A DNA stretch of 64,000 bases from a virus. The stretch is taken from positions 1-64,000 of IMG/VR virus record IMGVR_UViG_3300023084_000009; one strand, given 5' to 3'. The notes under the pieces are model-generated. The model saw only the letters and a list, made by a program, of their open reading frames with translations. It was not told the origin of the DNA and searched no databases. This document shows, in pieces, positions 9,501-17,862 of this stretch. Position numbers and translations under genes: made by a program. Positions within the stretch are counted from its first letter, which is position 1. Each line of letters opens with the position of its first letter.

Positions 9501-11824
9501 GAATCGTTAGATCTTACACCAATTCCTGCAACTCCCTGGGATTCTAGAACTCTATAAACTTCATTATTCAGGTCAGAAATGACAAACCAGTTGGAATATA
9601 CACTGTCCCATTGCATTGGGTGACCAATATCACCAGGATTTTTATCAGATACTCTACTTTCTATACGAAGTTCTGTTCCACCATAGATTGTAATTGCTAG
9701 ACCATTGTCCGCATTAGCTTTTGTTGATGCAACTTTTATAGTAGATGTGCTACTTCTGATTGCATAGTAAATTGTATTTGGTTTTATATTTTCTGGAAGA
9801 TCTCCAGAATCACTGAGAACACGAATTGTTTCTCCAGTTCTAATATTGTGAGCACCAATGGTTAATATATTGGAAGGAGTTCCAGATGGACCACTTGTTA
9901 CCTTATATGTTTTTTCTGAAGTTACTGATGCATATGCGACAGTAGAACCAGATCCAACAATAACATCGGACATTCTGATTGGTGCTACACTGGTTCCAGA
10001 ACCAGCAATAACATGCAATTTATCATCTAGTCTCGCACCAATTCTATAACCTTGTGTAATATTTGGTGGAGCGATATCAACGTTATCATATCCAAAGAGA
10101 TATAAATGACTTGAAATGCCAATGTGGGTTGTTAGACCCACATCAAAGGAGACCCAATCGATCTGTTCTTGGGGAGCAGTGATTGCTCTTGGAGTGATTA
10201 CGTTTGTAATGTAACCATGAGTGTCTTTATTGAATGCTGCTTTTCTAAATCCTTCGGCATGTAGAGAATGCTGTCCAAAGTTGGAGTTGGAGTTAGTAAT
10301 AGAAGCGTCTCCACCAGTTCTAATATCAAAGTGGAAAGTAAATCCAATTGCGAACACAGAAACGATCTGTACGAATGCATCATTCGACATCTTAATGTGA
10401 CTGGTTTCCCAACCACTTCTGTAACTGGCGTCGGAATCTAAGTGATAAACTGTATTTGGATCCGTTGATGAAGATTCTGAAGCAAGAAGATCACCAGTTC
10501 TCTTTACAATAGGGATAGAATCATATCCTCTTGATGACTTGTTGTATTTTACAAAAGCTCTATCATCTTTTTGTAGAGAAATTGCCGTGAATTGTGCGAC
10601 AACCATAGAACGGAAACCAGATGCTTTCCTTCCATCAGCGTGCATACCCTGCATACCGAAGACAGAACGCATTGAAACGTTGAAGATATATGGAGAAGCA
10701 CCTGAAACTGTATCAGTCTCGATAGTAACAGTTGCCGATGAAACTCCAGGAGATGCAGGTAAAGTTGGTCTAATATAGCTGAGAGCGTATGTGAATTGAG
10801 TTGAACTCAATACAGCCTGAACTTTTCCTGAAATATTATAGTCTTCAACATCAACTCCTTTAATTTTAATAGGAGTATCTGCTGTCAAACCATGTTCTGT
10901 TGCGGTTGTAACTGTGATAACCGTGTTTGGGGTAGATCCATCACCAGAAATAACTGAAGAAATTTCGATAGGATCAGCTGCAAAAGCACCAACAATCTCC
11001 CATTCTGGTCTTTGTGGATAAAAACCTAGATTATCATCTGGATATTTCTGATCGACATCTCTACCAGATGCTAAGTTAAAAGCATTTGATAGTTTGCTAT
11101 AGTACATCTGGAGATCAGTTAGATCATATCCAGAAGGAACATTTACACCATCGGCATACTCAAAGCATGTGACTTTATGGTGAGAGAATGTTGGTTTTGA
11201 TTGATTGTTAGAAGAGAAGTCTGATGGATCTGTATAGACTTTGCCATCTTCTTTACCATCAAAGATTGAGAATTGCCAGAAATAACATGCACCAGTTACT
11301 CTGAAAATTGCTGTTGATTCTACATCATTATCAGTTGGGTTTGGAACATACTTAGGTCTAATCTTGGTCTTTCTTAGGTCAAGACCAACTAGAGATGTGC
11401 CTCTAGGTACAATAACACCACCATTAATACTATTAAACTTATAGAGAATATTATCACTCTGAGTTAAGTCAAATACAGACTCTAGAGTTAAAGAAAGAAC
11501 ATCTTGAGCTGCTGTTGATGATCCTGCTGGGGATATTGCTTTAGCACCACTATCATCTTTAATTGCAAAACCTGGTCTATTATCAACGATGTGCTCTCCT
11601 GGCATGAGAAGAACAGTTGTCTTCTCTACGATATCATTATTACTACCTTTCAAATAAGAGAATCTTGCAGACTCAATCAGTGCTCTTTGAATTGTTTTGA
11701 AAGGTTTTGTCAGTGAATTACCTTCATTTGTGATATCATCACTGGAGTTAATATCGTTAGGATTAACGTAAAGTATTCTCCCTTCGGTACTCTTAATAAA
11801 GTTCTCTAGCTTATTGAGAGGCAT
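6557..11824 (-). CDS. Large tail fibre/structural protein with C-terminal intramolecular chaperone (peptidase S74)
   Basis: N-terminal YVNPND...PFKTIQRAL; C-terminal SSDSRLKDNI...GVIAQEV...VDYQKIVPLLVEAIKEL. Confidence 0.8.
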   Translation of the reverse strand: MPLNKLENFIKSTEGRILYVNPNDINSSDDITNEGNSLTKPFKTIQRALIESARFSYLKGSNNDIVEKTTVLLMPGEHIVDNRPGFAIKDDSGAKAISPAGSSTAAQDVLSLTLESVFDLTQSDNILYKFNSINGGVIVPRGTSLVGLDLRKTKIRPKYVPNPTDNDVESTAIFRVTGACYFWQFSIFDGKEDGKVYTDPSDFSSNNQSKPTFSHHKVTCFEYADGVNVPSGYDLTDLQMYYSKLSNAFNLASGRDVDQKYPDDNLGFYPQRPEWEIVGAFAADPIEISSVISGDGSTPNTVITVTTATEHGLTADTPIKIKGVDVEDYNISGKVQAVLSSTQFTYALSYIRPTLPASPGVSSATVTIETDTVSGASPYIFNVSMRSVFGMQGMHADGRKASGFRSMVVAQFTAISLQKDDRAFVKYNKSSRGYDSIPIVKRTGDLLASESSSTDPNTVYHLDSDASYRSGWETSHIKMSNDAFVQIVSVFAIGFTFHFDIRTGGDASITNSNSNFGQHSLHAEGFRKAAFNKDTHGYITNVITPRAITAPQEQIDWVSFDVGLTTHIGISSHLYLFGYDNVDIAPPNITQGYRIGARLDDKLHVIAGSGTSVAPIRMSDVIVGSGSTVAYASVTSEKTYKVTSGPSGTPSNILTIGAHNIRTGETIRVLSDSGDLPENIKPNTIYYAIRSSTSTIKVASTKANADNGLAITIYGGTELRIESRVSDKNPGDIGHPMQWDSVYSNWFVISDLNNEVYRVLESQGVAGIGVRSNDSYILRTEDPRSLDEKIFKVRYVIPQDVPNAKDPGEGFIIQETSTTGARSNSDFSLTSITSEDFDYNRNSRFISTCTVFSTQVTVIADLPHGLDIGDRVIIKNVTSSTNSTGSDNVGFNGTFEVTTIPNANTFTYETTDVFGDVHDLGTFDNNTHVRSTALPRFERNDLKKNLYIYRKETITPYIYQVQDGVYHLYVTNANNSPQTEFTSYQYSQQIEDLYPQLDKDNENDSPQSAVSYAKRSPVGEVITNDLKRSITRESVDLTLKSFHKGLTITGVTTSSGISTITFDREHGFSGISTYQTLNGGSGHSTGTYYNVKLYNEVTLSTWNGATAKVIVNGSQQVEDVRIINSGSGYDNGDTLYFDSNTIGGSASANITVATSGISTNVGDVIQITGIGTTSDGHYRITSVPAKNQIAVAHTGGDPVIIQGSYVLPLGPSINISAITAYDSVTGISTVTCSTAHGLFAGNRFRFVDANSNNLGDYLVKERVGVSTFTIHTSATVGTPTHVLRHGISANDAISDSTNENLGTRSITLYGNDHLTLLGDITTGSSTLQVSLPNSGIGTVARFPLGSFIQVGEEIMKITSSTLSGSLTNEISVLRGQLGTVISEHKAESLIKKIKPIPSEVRRPAIARASGHTFEYLGFGPGNYSTGLPQVQVKSLNEREIFLAQAQEKAGGIIVYTGMNNDGDFYIGNKRVSSATGQERTFDAPIPTTTGQESSILSAVFDEVVIKERLKVEGGNSGTVLSQFDGPVTFNGETKFNEYVNINDNVKVTGHIEVTNTTESFDKDTGALVVNGGVGIEKDVNIGRNINVTGLSTFTNTLDANNGATIDNVRIGILGDNTIDTSVGILTITSNDGTVHVSAATSISGNTVITGILSVTDDITAFYSSDSRLKDNITPIDDPLAKVLSISGNTYDWNEKSNKEGHDVGVIAQEVLAVLPEAVTERDNGYLAVDYQKIVPLLVEAIKELSAKVEKLEGNH

Positions 11825-11862
11825 CGGATTATAATCGCCAAAATATTTCTATGTTTTATTTA

Positions 11863-12180
11863 TCAACCCATTAAATCCTCTTCATCGTGCTGTACGATAT
11901 CTTCTGGGTCTTCTGGCATGTCCTCTGGATTTTCTAAATCCACTGGAAATAAACAAGGATGCACTTCCTCATCTATCAAGTAGAAAGAACTTCGATATAA
12001 ATCCTCTGGTTCAAATGATGTATTTTTATCTGCCTCTTTACACAAATCTTGGTCATACAAATGACCATCAGGTAACTCATCAAAAGTGAATGGCAATTGA
12101 TTGATGAAATACATCTTTACTATGATGCTGGCATTATTATACCAACAATATGCTGTATCGATTTTATAAGACATATTCAT
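11863..12180 (-). CDS. Hypothetical acidic cyanophage protein
   Basis: Clean ORF between late promoters at 12191-12197 and 11857-11863. Confidence 0.7.
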   Translation of the reverse strand: MNMSYKIDTAYCWYNNASIIVKMYFINQLPFTFDELPDGHLYDQDLCKEADKNTSFEPEDLYRSSFYLIDEEVHPCLFPVDLENPEDMPEDPEDIVQHDEEDLMG

Positions 12181-12202
12181 AGTTTTGTCTTATTTATTTT
12201 TA

Positions 12203-12287
12203 TAGGACGAGAGGGACTTGAACCCTCACGAGCGTAATGCTCAACAGATTTTAAGTCTGGTGTGTCTACCAATTCCACCACCGTCCC
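12203..12287 (-). tRNA. trnL: tRNA-Leu(UAA), CCA not encoded
   Basis: GGGACGG/TCGTCCT acceptor, GGAATTGGTAGAC D-arm, CT-TAA-AA anticodon loop, long variable arm, GGTTCAAGTCC T-arm. Confidence 0.95.
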
Positions 12288-12290
12288 AGG

Positions 12291-12363
12291 TGCTCCTTGC
12301 GTGGATCGAACACGCCTCAGGCGAATTATGAGTTCGCTGCATTCACCAGATTGCTAAAGGAGC
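12291..12363 (-). tRNA. tRNA with CAU anticodon (elongator Met or lysidine-type Ile2)
   Basis: GCTCCTT/AAGGAGC acceptor, GCGAA-CTCATAA-TTCGC anticodon arm, GTTCGATCC T-loop; paired 1:72 argues against an initiator. Confidence 0.9.
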
Positions 12364-12387
12364 ATTCGCTATTCGCAAATAGCGAAT
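12364..12387. repeat. 24-nt palindrome ATTCGCTATT-CGCA-AATAGCGAAT, copy 1
   Basis: Perfect 10-bp inverted repeat; identical to 44938-44961. Confidence 0.95.
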
Positions 12388-12458
12388 AGGAGTACTGGGA
12401 GTTGAACCCAGACTACCCCGTTATAAGCAGGGCGCTCTAACCATTAAGCTATACTCCC
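12387..12458 (-). tRNA. trnI: tRNA-Ile(UAU), CCA not encoded
   Basis: GGGAGTA/TACTCCT acceptor, TAGCTTAATGGTTAGAGC D-arm, CCCTG-CTTATAA-CGGGG anticodon arm, GGTTCAACTCC T-arm. Confidence 0.93.
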
Positions 12459-12467
12459 GCAGATGAA

Positions 12468-12641
12468 CTACGATGCTTCGTTATTGTTCTCCATGTATAT
12501 TCGATACAGTTCATCATCTGCTGGTATCATAACTGCTGCTGTTCCATCTTCCCTAACGATGCCTATTCGCTCTCCTTTTTCCACACGTTCTAGGAGAGCA
12601 TCAAAGTTGTCTTCCCACTCTTTCAAAGTAAAAACTTCCAT
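12468..12641 (-). CDS. 57-aa Phd/YefM antitoxin-like protein (not in ORF track)
   Basis: Hand translation: MEVFTLKEWEDNFDALLERVEKGERIGIVREDGTAAVMIPADDELYRIYMENNNEAS. Confidence 0.6.
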   Translation of the reverse strand: MEVFTLKEWEDNFDALLERVEKGERIGIVREDGTAAVMIPADDELYRIYMENNNEAS

Positions 12642-12655
12642 AGTTGATTTATTTA

Positions 12656-12859
12656 TCAGTACTCCTCACCTTGAATTGCCAGATCAGCATACTCAATTTG
12701 ATCCTCATCAAGATTAGCAGTAACGACCTCAAGAACGTTCATAAACTCTTGAACAGTTTCACACTCTACCATCTTTTCATTTCCCTCATCACTCAGGAGA
12801 AGGAAGGAGCGAGTGCAAACGTCGATCACGATGCCTTGAACGCATTCGGTGTTGCTCAT
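12656..12859 (-). CDS. Hypothetical 67-aa protein
   Basis: Start MSNTECVQ follows the promoter at about 12882-12912. Confidence 0.7.
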   Translation of the reverse strand: MSNTECVQGIVIDVCTRSFLLLSDEGNEKMVECETVQEFMNVLEVVTANLDEDQIEYADLAIQGEEY

Positions 12860-12881
12860 GGGTGTTCCGTTGATTACCCAC

Positions 12882-12936
12882 ATATTATAGGGCATCCGCG
12901 ATGGGGTGTCAACTGTGCCGATTATGGAACTGGTCA
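12882..12936 (-). promoter_or_regulatory. Sigma70-like early promoter for the tRNA operon
   Basis: Minus strand GACCAGTTCCATAATCGGCACAG-TTGACA-N17-TATATAAT. Confidence 0.6.
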
Positions 12937-14346
12937 GGTCTTCATAATGAAAGCAAGAGCATAATATGGAGGTCTATTTTCGTGATAATCACTACCACCC
13001 TGAGAAGCAGTTGTGTTGTTGGAGTGGTTGACAGCATCACCAGATCCATTACCTGCTTGGTCTTGACCACCACCAGGAGAGTTTGCTCTTGAATATGTGT
13101 GGTTGTGAGATGGCATCTCAGCAATCGTCAATTGATGAGCAACACTACCACCAGTATTTCCTGGTGCATAGTTACCACTAATGGTACCGGTATCGGCATT
13201 AAATGTTACACCACTAGAACCATCACTATAAGCACCAACAATAAACTTATCTCTTAAGTCTGGAGTACTATTAGTACCATCACAAAGGACCCAACCTGAT
13301 GGAATTGCTGCAATCGTTCCAGACCACATAATAATTCCACCAGAAGGTACAGATGATCCAGCACCACCAGTTATTCCTTGAGTTCCTTGAGTTCCTGTCC
13401 CAGTTATTCCTTGAGTTCCATCAGTTCCCTGAGTTCCATCAGTTCCCTGAGCACCTGTTATTCCTTGAGCACCCTGAGTTCCGTCTCCACCATCAGTTCC
13501 CTGAGTTCCAGTTGTTCCCTGAGTTCCAGTTGTTCCCTGAGTTCCATTAGTACCTTGTGTTCCATTAGTGCCTTGTGTTCCTTGTGTCCCCTGAGCACCT
13601 TGTGCTCCCTGTATGCCCTGAATACCTTGAGTACCTTGAGTACCCTCATCACCAGAAATTCCTTGAATACCCTGAGTTCCTTGTGTCCCCTGAGCACCTT
13701 GTGCCCCCTGAGCACCTTGTGCTCCCTGGGCACCTTGAATACCTTGTATTCCTTGAGTCCCTTGAGTGCCCTGTACTCCTTGAGTCCCCTGTACTCCTTG
13801 AATTCCTTGGACACCTTGAAGAGCTGCTGTTGATATTTTCTCCCATTTAACGCCACTAGCATCTCCGATTAGAACGGATGTTGCAGCACCAACATTACCA
13901 TAAAAGTCTGTTAGAGTACTTTCTAACTCTAGGTTATTATTGAATGTGGCGACACCAACCACATCAAGACCACCACCAGTAACTCTTAGACCAGATCTTG
14001 CTGTGGCAATACCGATTGAATCAACATTAACTACGTTTTCATAGGTAAGATCACCAAGAACAAATAAATCTCCCACAACTGTGGCGATACCACTAGCGTA
14101 AATATTTCTTGTAGTTAAATCGTCCCCTAAAGTAGCACCCCCTCCAGCACTGAGATTTGGCGCATGAAGAGTTCCCGAAACGAAAAGATCGTTTTCGAAT
14201 GTACCAATTCCAGTGAAAAAGGATTGTTGAGAAACAGAAAGATTACCTGTTATATCTACAGTCGTGCCAATACCTACTTTCTGCCCGCCAGTGGTAGTGT
14301 AATTTAATTTTTTAGCAACTTGAGCTAGTTCAAGTGGTATTGCCAT
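12934..14346 (-). CDS. Short-fibre-like protein: collagen-like GXQ shaft plus tail collar domain
   Basis: GXQ repeats; VPSGGIIMWSG...GWVLCDG...PDLRDKFIVG collar; SHNHT; PPYYALAFIMK. Confidence 0.8.
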   Translation of the reverse strand: MAIPLELAQVAKKLNYTTTGGQKVGIGTTVDITGNLSVSQQSFFTGIGTFENDLFVSGTLHAPNLSAGGGATLGDDLTTRNIYASGIATVVGDLFVLGDLTYENVVNVDSIGIATARSGLRVTGGGLDVVGVATFNNNLELESTLTDFYGNVGAATSVLIGDASGVKWEKISTAALQGVQGIQGVQGTQGVQGTQGTQGIQGIQGAQGAQGAQGAQGAQGTQGTQGIQGISGDEGTQGTQGIQGIQGAQGAQGTQGTQGTNGTQGTNGTQGTTGTQGTTGTQGTDGGDGTQGAQGITGAQGTDGTQGTDGTQGITGTGTQGTQGITGGAGSSVPSGGIIMWSGTIAAIPSGWVLCDGTNSTPDLRDKFIVGAYSDGSSGVTFNADTGTISGNYAPGNTGGSVAHQLTIAEMPSHNHTYSRANSPGGGQDQAGNGSGDAVNHSNNTTASQGGSDYHENRPPYYALAFIMKT

Positions 14347-14391
14347 CTACTAAATTACTTCATTTCCATTATTGATTATTTATCACAAGGA

Positions 14392-14547
14392 CTACCACTT
14401 CTTAACGGGGCAAGATTCCCATCCAATTCTCACTTTGAGTGGCATGAAACAACCACATTTTTTACATTGTTTAGTTGGTTTGAAGAAATGCTCACATTGT
14501 AGGCATAGTTTCATTCTATCAATTGCTTGTCTATTTTCTTCAACCAT
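14392..14547 (-). CDS. 51-aa six-Cys protein (DUF6171-like; not in ORF track)
   Basis: Hand translation: MVEENRQAIDRMKLCLQCEHFFKPTKQCKKCGCFMPLKVRIGWESCPVKKW. Confidence 0.8.
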   Translation of the reverse strand: MVEENRQAIDRMKLCLQCEHFFKPTKQCKKCGCFMPLKVRIGWESCPVKKW

Positions 14548-15037
14548 CCCCACTCAACTCCGCTTCTGCCTGTGCAAGAATATCATCATTTGGATCATAT
14601 GTGTATGATATATTAGAAAGTATATCATCAATATTCAAACTATGCTCAGTAATATACTGTGAAACATTTCCCATCACAGCATCTTTTAACCTACTATCTC
14701 CATTTACTGCATAGTATTCTGCGAGAAGCATAATATCTCCACTAAGATATCTTCCCGTAGGAACTGAAGGCATTAGAGGACTAAAAGTAGTTGTAGTAAT
14801 ACCTACAGTAGTTGTTGCCTCTTCTTCCTTCCTAACAGATGTTCTTTGCTGTCCAACACTAATATCTGGATTTATAATACTATCGGATGAAACCAGAAAA
14901 TCTGGATCATAATGAGAAACTGCATCATCAATATCTTCTAATGATGCATTTGGTGGAATTGGTACTTTTGCCTTTGAATTATTCTCAAACTCAACGGTAA
15001 TTTGTCCTGCGGAAATTTCTAAAATTGTATAGTTCAT
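14540..15037 (-). CDS. Hypothetical protein
   Basis: ORF after the late promoter at 15059-15065. Confidence 0.65.
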   Translation of the reverse strand: MNYTILEISAGQITVEFENNSKAKVPIPPNASLEDIDDAVSHYDPDFLVSSDSIINPDISVGQQRTSVRKEEEATTTVGITTTTFSPLMPSVPTGRYLSGDIMLLAEYYAVNGDSRLKDAVMGNVSQYITEHSLNIDDILSNISYTYDPNDDILAQAEAELSGDG

Positions 15038-15065
15038 TATAAATTAGTGCTTGTGTTGTATTTAT

Positions 15066-16049
15066 TTAAAATTCACCAGGCATCTGTGGAATTGGTGGTT
15101 CTGAATCGAGTACCGTTCGTCCTCCAAGAGTTCCTTGATTGATAAAATGAACAATACTGGAGAATTGATACTGAGGTCTCCTCTCATACAAATAACATCC
15201 AGCAAGACCACCTGCAGATCCTGCTGAACCATTAGTATAGTTTCCGTTAAATCCAGTATCTCCAGTATCTCCAGTATTACCATATGTACCACCAGTTCCA
15301 CCATCTCCACCGTCACCAGCATTAGTTCCACCAGCACTACCAGAATATCCTCCACCTGGGGTTGCGCCCGTATCAGATCCTGCACCATAACCACCATAAC
15401 CACCATCTCCACCATCATAGTAGGTATATGCAGTAGATGGACAAAGCCATCTATTTCCACCTTCGGCACAACCGGAACCACTCACATATCCACCACTACA
15501 AGGAGCAGTATCTGAACAAGATTTTCCACAACAAACAGGACATGTACAAAGAGGATATGCATAATAAACTGTAGAAGTCGTATATCCCTGCCCACCAGTT
15601 CCACCAAGTCCTCCTGCTCCACCTCCGCCATAGATGGAACCTTGGTTGTCAATAAAAATTCCATTGCCCCTTGTATTAGGATTACCCCCATCAACATAAA
15701 TGGCAGTTCCACCTTCACCTTGGATTTTGTTATAGTTAAGACCAACATCGGGAGAACTTGCAGCTCTACCACCGCCACCTAATATTGTTCCTTTATTTAA
15801 AATATAGATTGTTCCTCTGTATCCAGGAACATATAAAGCAAACACATAATTTGCATGATACTGAACATTTCCCCACGTATGAACACCAGCACCAACTGTT
15901 ACACCACTATCAATGACTATTGTCTTTTGGTTATCACCATATAAAATGTCATTTGAAAATAAATTAGCAACATTTACATTAGTTGTATTACCAGTAATAT
16001 GTGCGGTAAAGTTTGATGTTAGTGTAAATGGTATTGATCCTAATGACAT
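15066..16049 (-). CDS. Glycine-rich gp38-like adhesin with 8-Cys insert
   Basis: NKGTILGGGG, GEGGTAIYV, IDNQGSIYGGGGAGG; LCTCPVCCGKSC...C...C...C insert. Confidence 0.65.
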   Translation of the reverse strand: MSLGSIPFTLTSNFTAHITGNTTNVNVANLFSNDILYGDNQKTIVIDSGVTVGAGVHTWGNVQYHANYVFALYVPGYRGTIYILNKGTILGGGGRAASSPDVGLNYNKIQGEGGTAIYVDGGNPNTRGNGIFIDNQGSIYGGGGAGGLGGTGGQGYTTSTVYYAYPLCTCPVCCGKSCSDTAPCSGGYVSGSGCAEGGNRWLCPSTAYTYYDGGDGGYGGYGAGSDTGATPGGGYSGSAGGTNAGDGGDGGTGGTYGNTGDTGDTGFNGNYTNGSAGSAGGLAGCYLYERRPQYQFSSIVHFINQGTLGGRTVLDSEPPIPQMPGEF

Positions 16050-16051
16050 TT

Positions 16052-16447
16052 TTAATAAACACCAGTACCAGTAATTAGAAATTCGTTAGATGCTATGCAT
16101 AAAATGGTTGCAATCCCTCTTTGTGCTAGTGTTCTACTTCCTATAGATGATGTGCCAGGAAGTCTTAATGTAATTCCAGATCCTGATGTAATAGCAAGAG
16201 GAGAACTAGTATCGTTATATATGAGAATACTTTCACCAGCAGAAAAAATATTTTGAGGTATAGTTACATTAGCACTCATTTTCACAATGGTTCCTGCATC
16301 AGAAGCTGTAAGCGTATAAGCAGATCCCTGTGAAGAAATTGATAGAGTTGCTCCTACTCCACCAGAAAGTCCTTGAATTCCTTGAACTCCCTGAAGACCT
16401 CCACCAACTTCTACCCAAGCACCATCTCTTCTAAGTTTAATGCCCAC
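16052..16447 (-). CDS. Small fibre-associated protein
   Basis: Short GXQ stretch, then a YTLTASDAG... beta domain. Confidence 0.6.
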   Translation of the reverse strand: MGIKLRRDGAWVEVGGGLQGVQGIQGLSGGVGATLSISSQGSAYTLTASDAGTIVKMSANVTIPQNIFSAGESILIYNDTSSPLAITSGSGITLRLPGTSSIGSRTLAQRGIATILCIASNEFLITGTGVY

Positions 16448-16461
16448 AACTACTTACCTCC

Positions 16462-16818
16462 TTATGGTTTCGTTGGCCAAATAACACCACTAATACCAAG
16501 TCTTGTAGTATTATCTAGTACGGGTGTTGAGTTATCTGGAAGGTCTCTAAGTGCCCGACGATATGCTAACTGCTCATCAGTTGGTGTTCTATCAGGAAGA
16601 ACCCACCAGTCAGTTTCAGCAATGAGACGATCTCTTTCTTGACGTAGACGTCTCATTGGTTCTGCTGCTTTGAGTTCTTCTATTTTTGCATCTACTTGTG
16701 CTTTTGTTGGTTTTGGAATGTCTGATGATAACCATTGAATAGAATTATAATCCTCACAATTAGTCATTCCCCAATTAGCATCTGGTGCAAGTTCTAATAT
16801 TGCCTTAGTAATATCCAT
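16462..16818 (-). CDS. Tail fibre assembly chaperone-like protein
   Basis: LRQERDRLIAETDW...YRRALRDLP...WPTKP. Confidence 0.75.
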   Translation of the reverse strand: MDITKAILELAPDANWGMTNCEDYNSIQWLSSDIPKPTKAQVDAKIEELKAAEPMRRLRQERDRLIAETDWWVLPDRTPTDEQLAYRRALRDLPDNSTPVLDNTTRLGISGVIWPTKP

Positions 16819-17354
16819 TATCCTGAAACCTCCATTGCCATGATACTTGAAGATGGTTTGCCATCATATTCTCCAGCCAACTCTTGATTTGCCTGAGATG
16901 TATTGAGATAGACAACATTTGTGCTATATGATGCCATTTGTATTTTATATGTTACAGAAGATGTTGTTGCTGGGGAATCTAAGAATACAATTTGTGCAGG
17001 AACATTATGATATATTCCATAACTACTTGGGGGGTGAGTATTTACAACTCTAGTTACACGGGGGCGAGTTCCATCTGCATCACCAAGATAGATATCTGTC
17101 GAATTTCGAACTAATCTTAATTTAGAATCGTAAGCAGTAGAAGCACCAATATTCATATCGGCAATGATAAGTATTTTGTTGGATGAAGATTGGGGAGTAA
17201 TTGTGACCGATAAACCACTATCTCCGAATGTAGATCCTGTCACAGAAGAACTATCACTTTTTATTGTTTGAACACACTGAATAATACCACCACCACTGGC
17301 ACCAACAGGCAGTCCGTCTCTTGGATAAATTTTATTCGTTCTTAATTCTGACAT
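16818..17354 (-). CDS. Virion-associated beta-sandwich protein (paralog A)
   Basis: GGGIIQCVQ...ITPQSSSNKILI...FLDSPATTSSVTYKIQ...MEVSG. Confidence 0.65.
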   Translation of the reverse strand: MSELRTNKIYPRDGLPVGASGGGIIQCVQTIKSDSSSVTGSTFGDSGLSVTITPQSSSNKILIIADMNIGASTAYDSKLRLVRNSTDIYLGDADGTRPRVTRVVNTHPPSSYGIYHNVPAQIVFLDSPATTSSVTYKIQMASYSTNVVYLNTSQANQELAGEYDGKPSSSIMAMEVSG

Positions 17355-17833
17355 TATCCTGAGACCTCCATGAGTATCAAAGAAGAATTTCCACCATTTT
17401 CAGAAATTCTTACTCTAGTTCCAGAAGCCAAATAAAATTGAAGTTTGTATTGGACAGCAGAAGTTGTTGAAGGACTATCTAAAAACATCATTGATACTGG
17501 AACAACGCTATATACACCAGTTGTCCCATAATCGTAACTTCTGTGACGGGTACTGCATATTGTATTACCACCCCTATCAATTCTATAATGTGCGTGAAGA
17601 TCTTGTACATTGTCACCAATAGTAGATAAAAAATGACAAGAGACTAATATTTTACTACTGGAAAATTTTGGAGTTATTGATGCAGTAAGTGTGGTATCGG
17701 TCCAAGTCGTAGCAGTAGTTAATTCATCTTGGAATGTTATTTGACTTTGGACAACCTGTATAATACCACCACCGCCACCAGTGGGAACACCAGTCGTTGG
17801 AATAATTCTATCTACTCTTAATTCAGAAGTCAT
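17354..17833 (-). CDS. Virion-associated beta-sandwich protein (paralog B)
   Basis: GGGIIQVVQ...ITPKFSSSKILV...FLDSPSTTSAVQYKLQ...MEVSG. Confidence 0.65.
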   Translation of the reverse strand: MTSELRVDRIIPTTGVPTGGGGGIIQVVQSQITFQDELTTATTWTDTTLTASITPKFSSSKILVSCHFLSTIGDNVQDLHAHYRIDRGGNTICSTRHRSYDYGTTGVYSVVPVSMMFLDSPSTTSAVQYKLQFYLASGTRVRISENGGNSSLILMEVSG

Positions 17834-17862
17834 TTATCAAACAGGTTCAGTATAAATTTTAT

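Noticed and set aside
13353-13862. Ser/Leu/Thr-rich and VLKELR-type ORFs over the collagen tracts (also 19.2-21.4, 50.9-51.4 and 61-62 kb)
   Set aside because: Alternative-frame artefacts of 9-bp periodic GXQ coding repeats.
16818-17833. Diversity-generating retroelement TR/VR pair
   Set aside because: Paralogs differ at all base types and no reverse transcriptase is present in the window.
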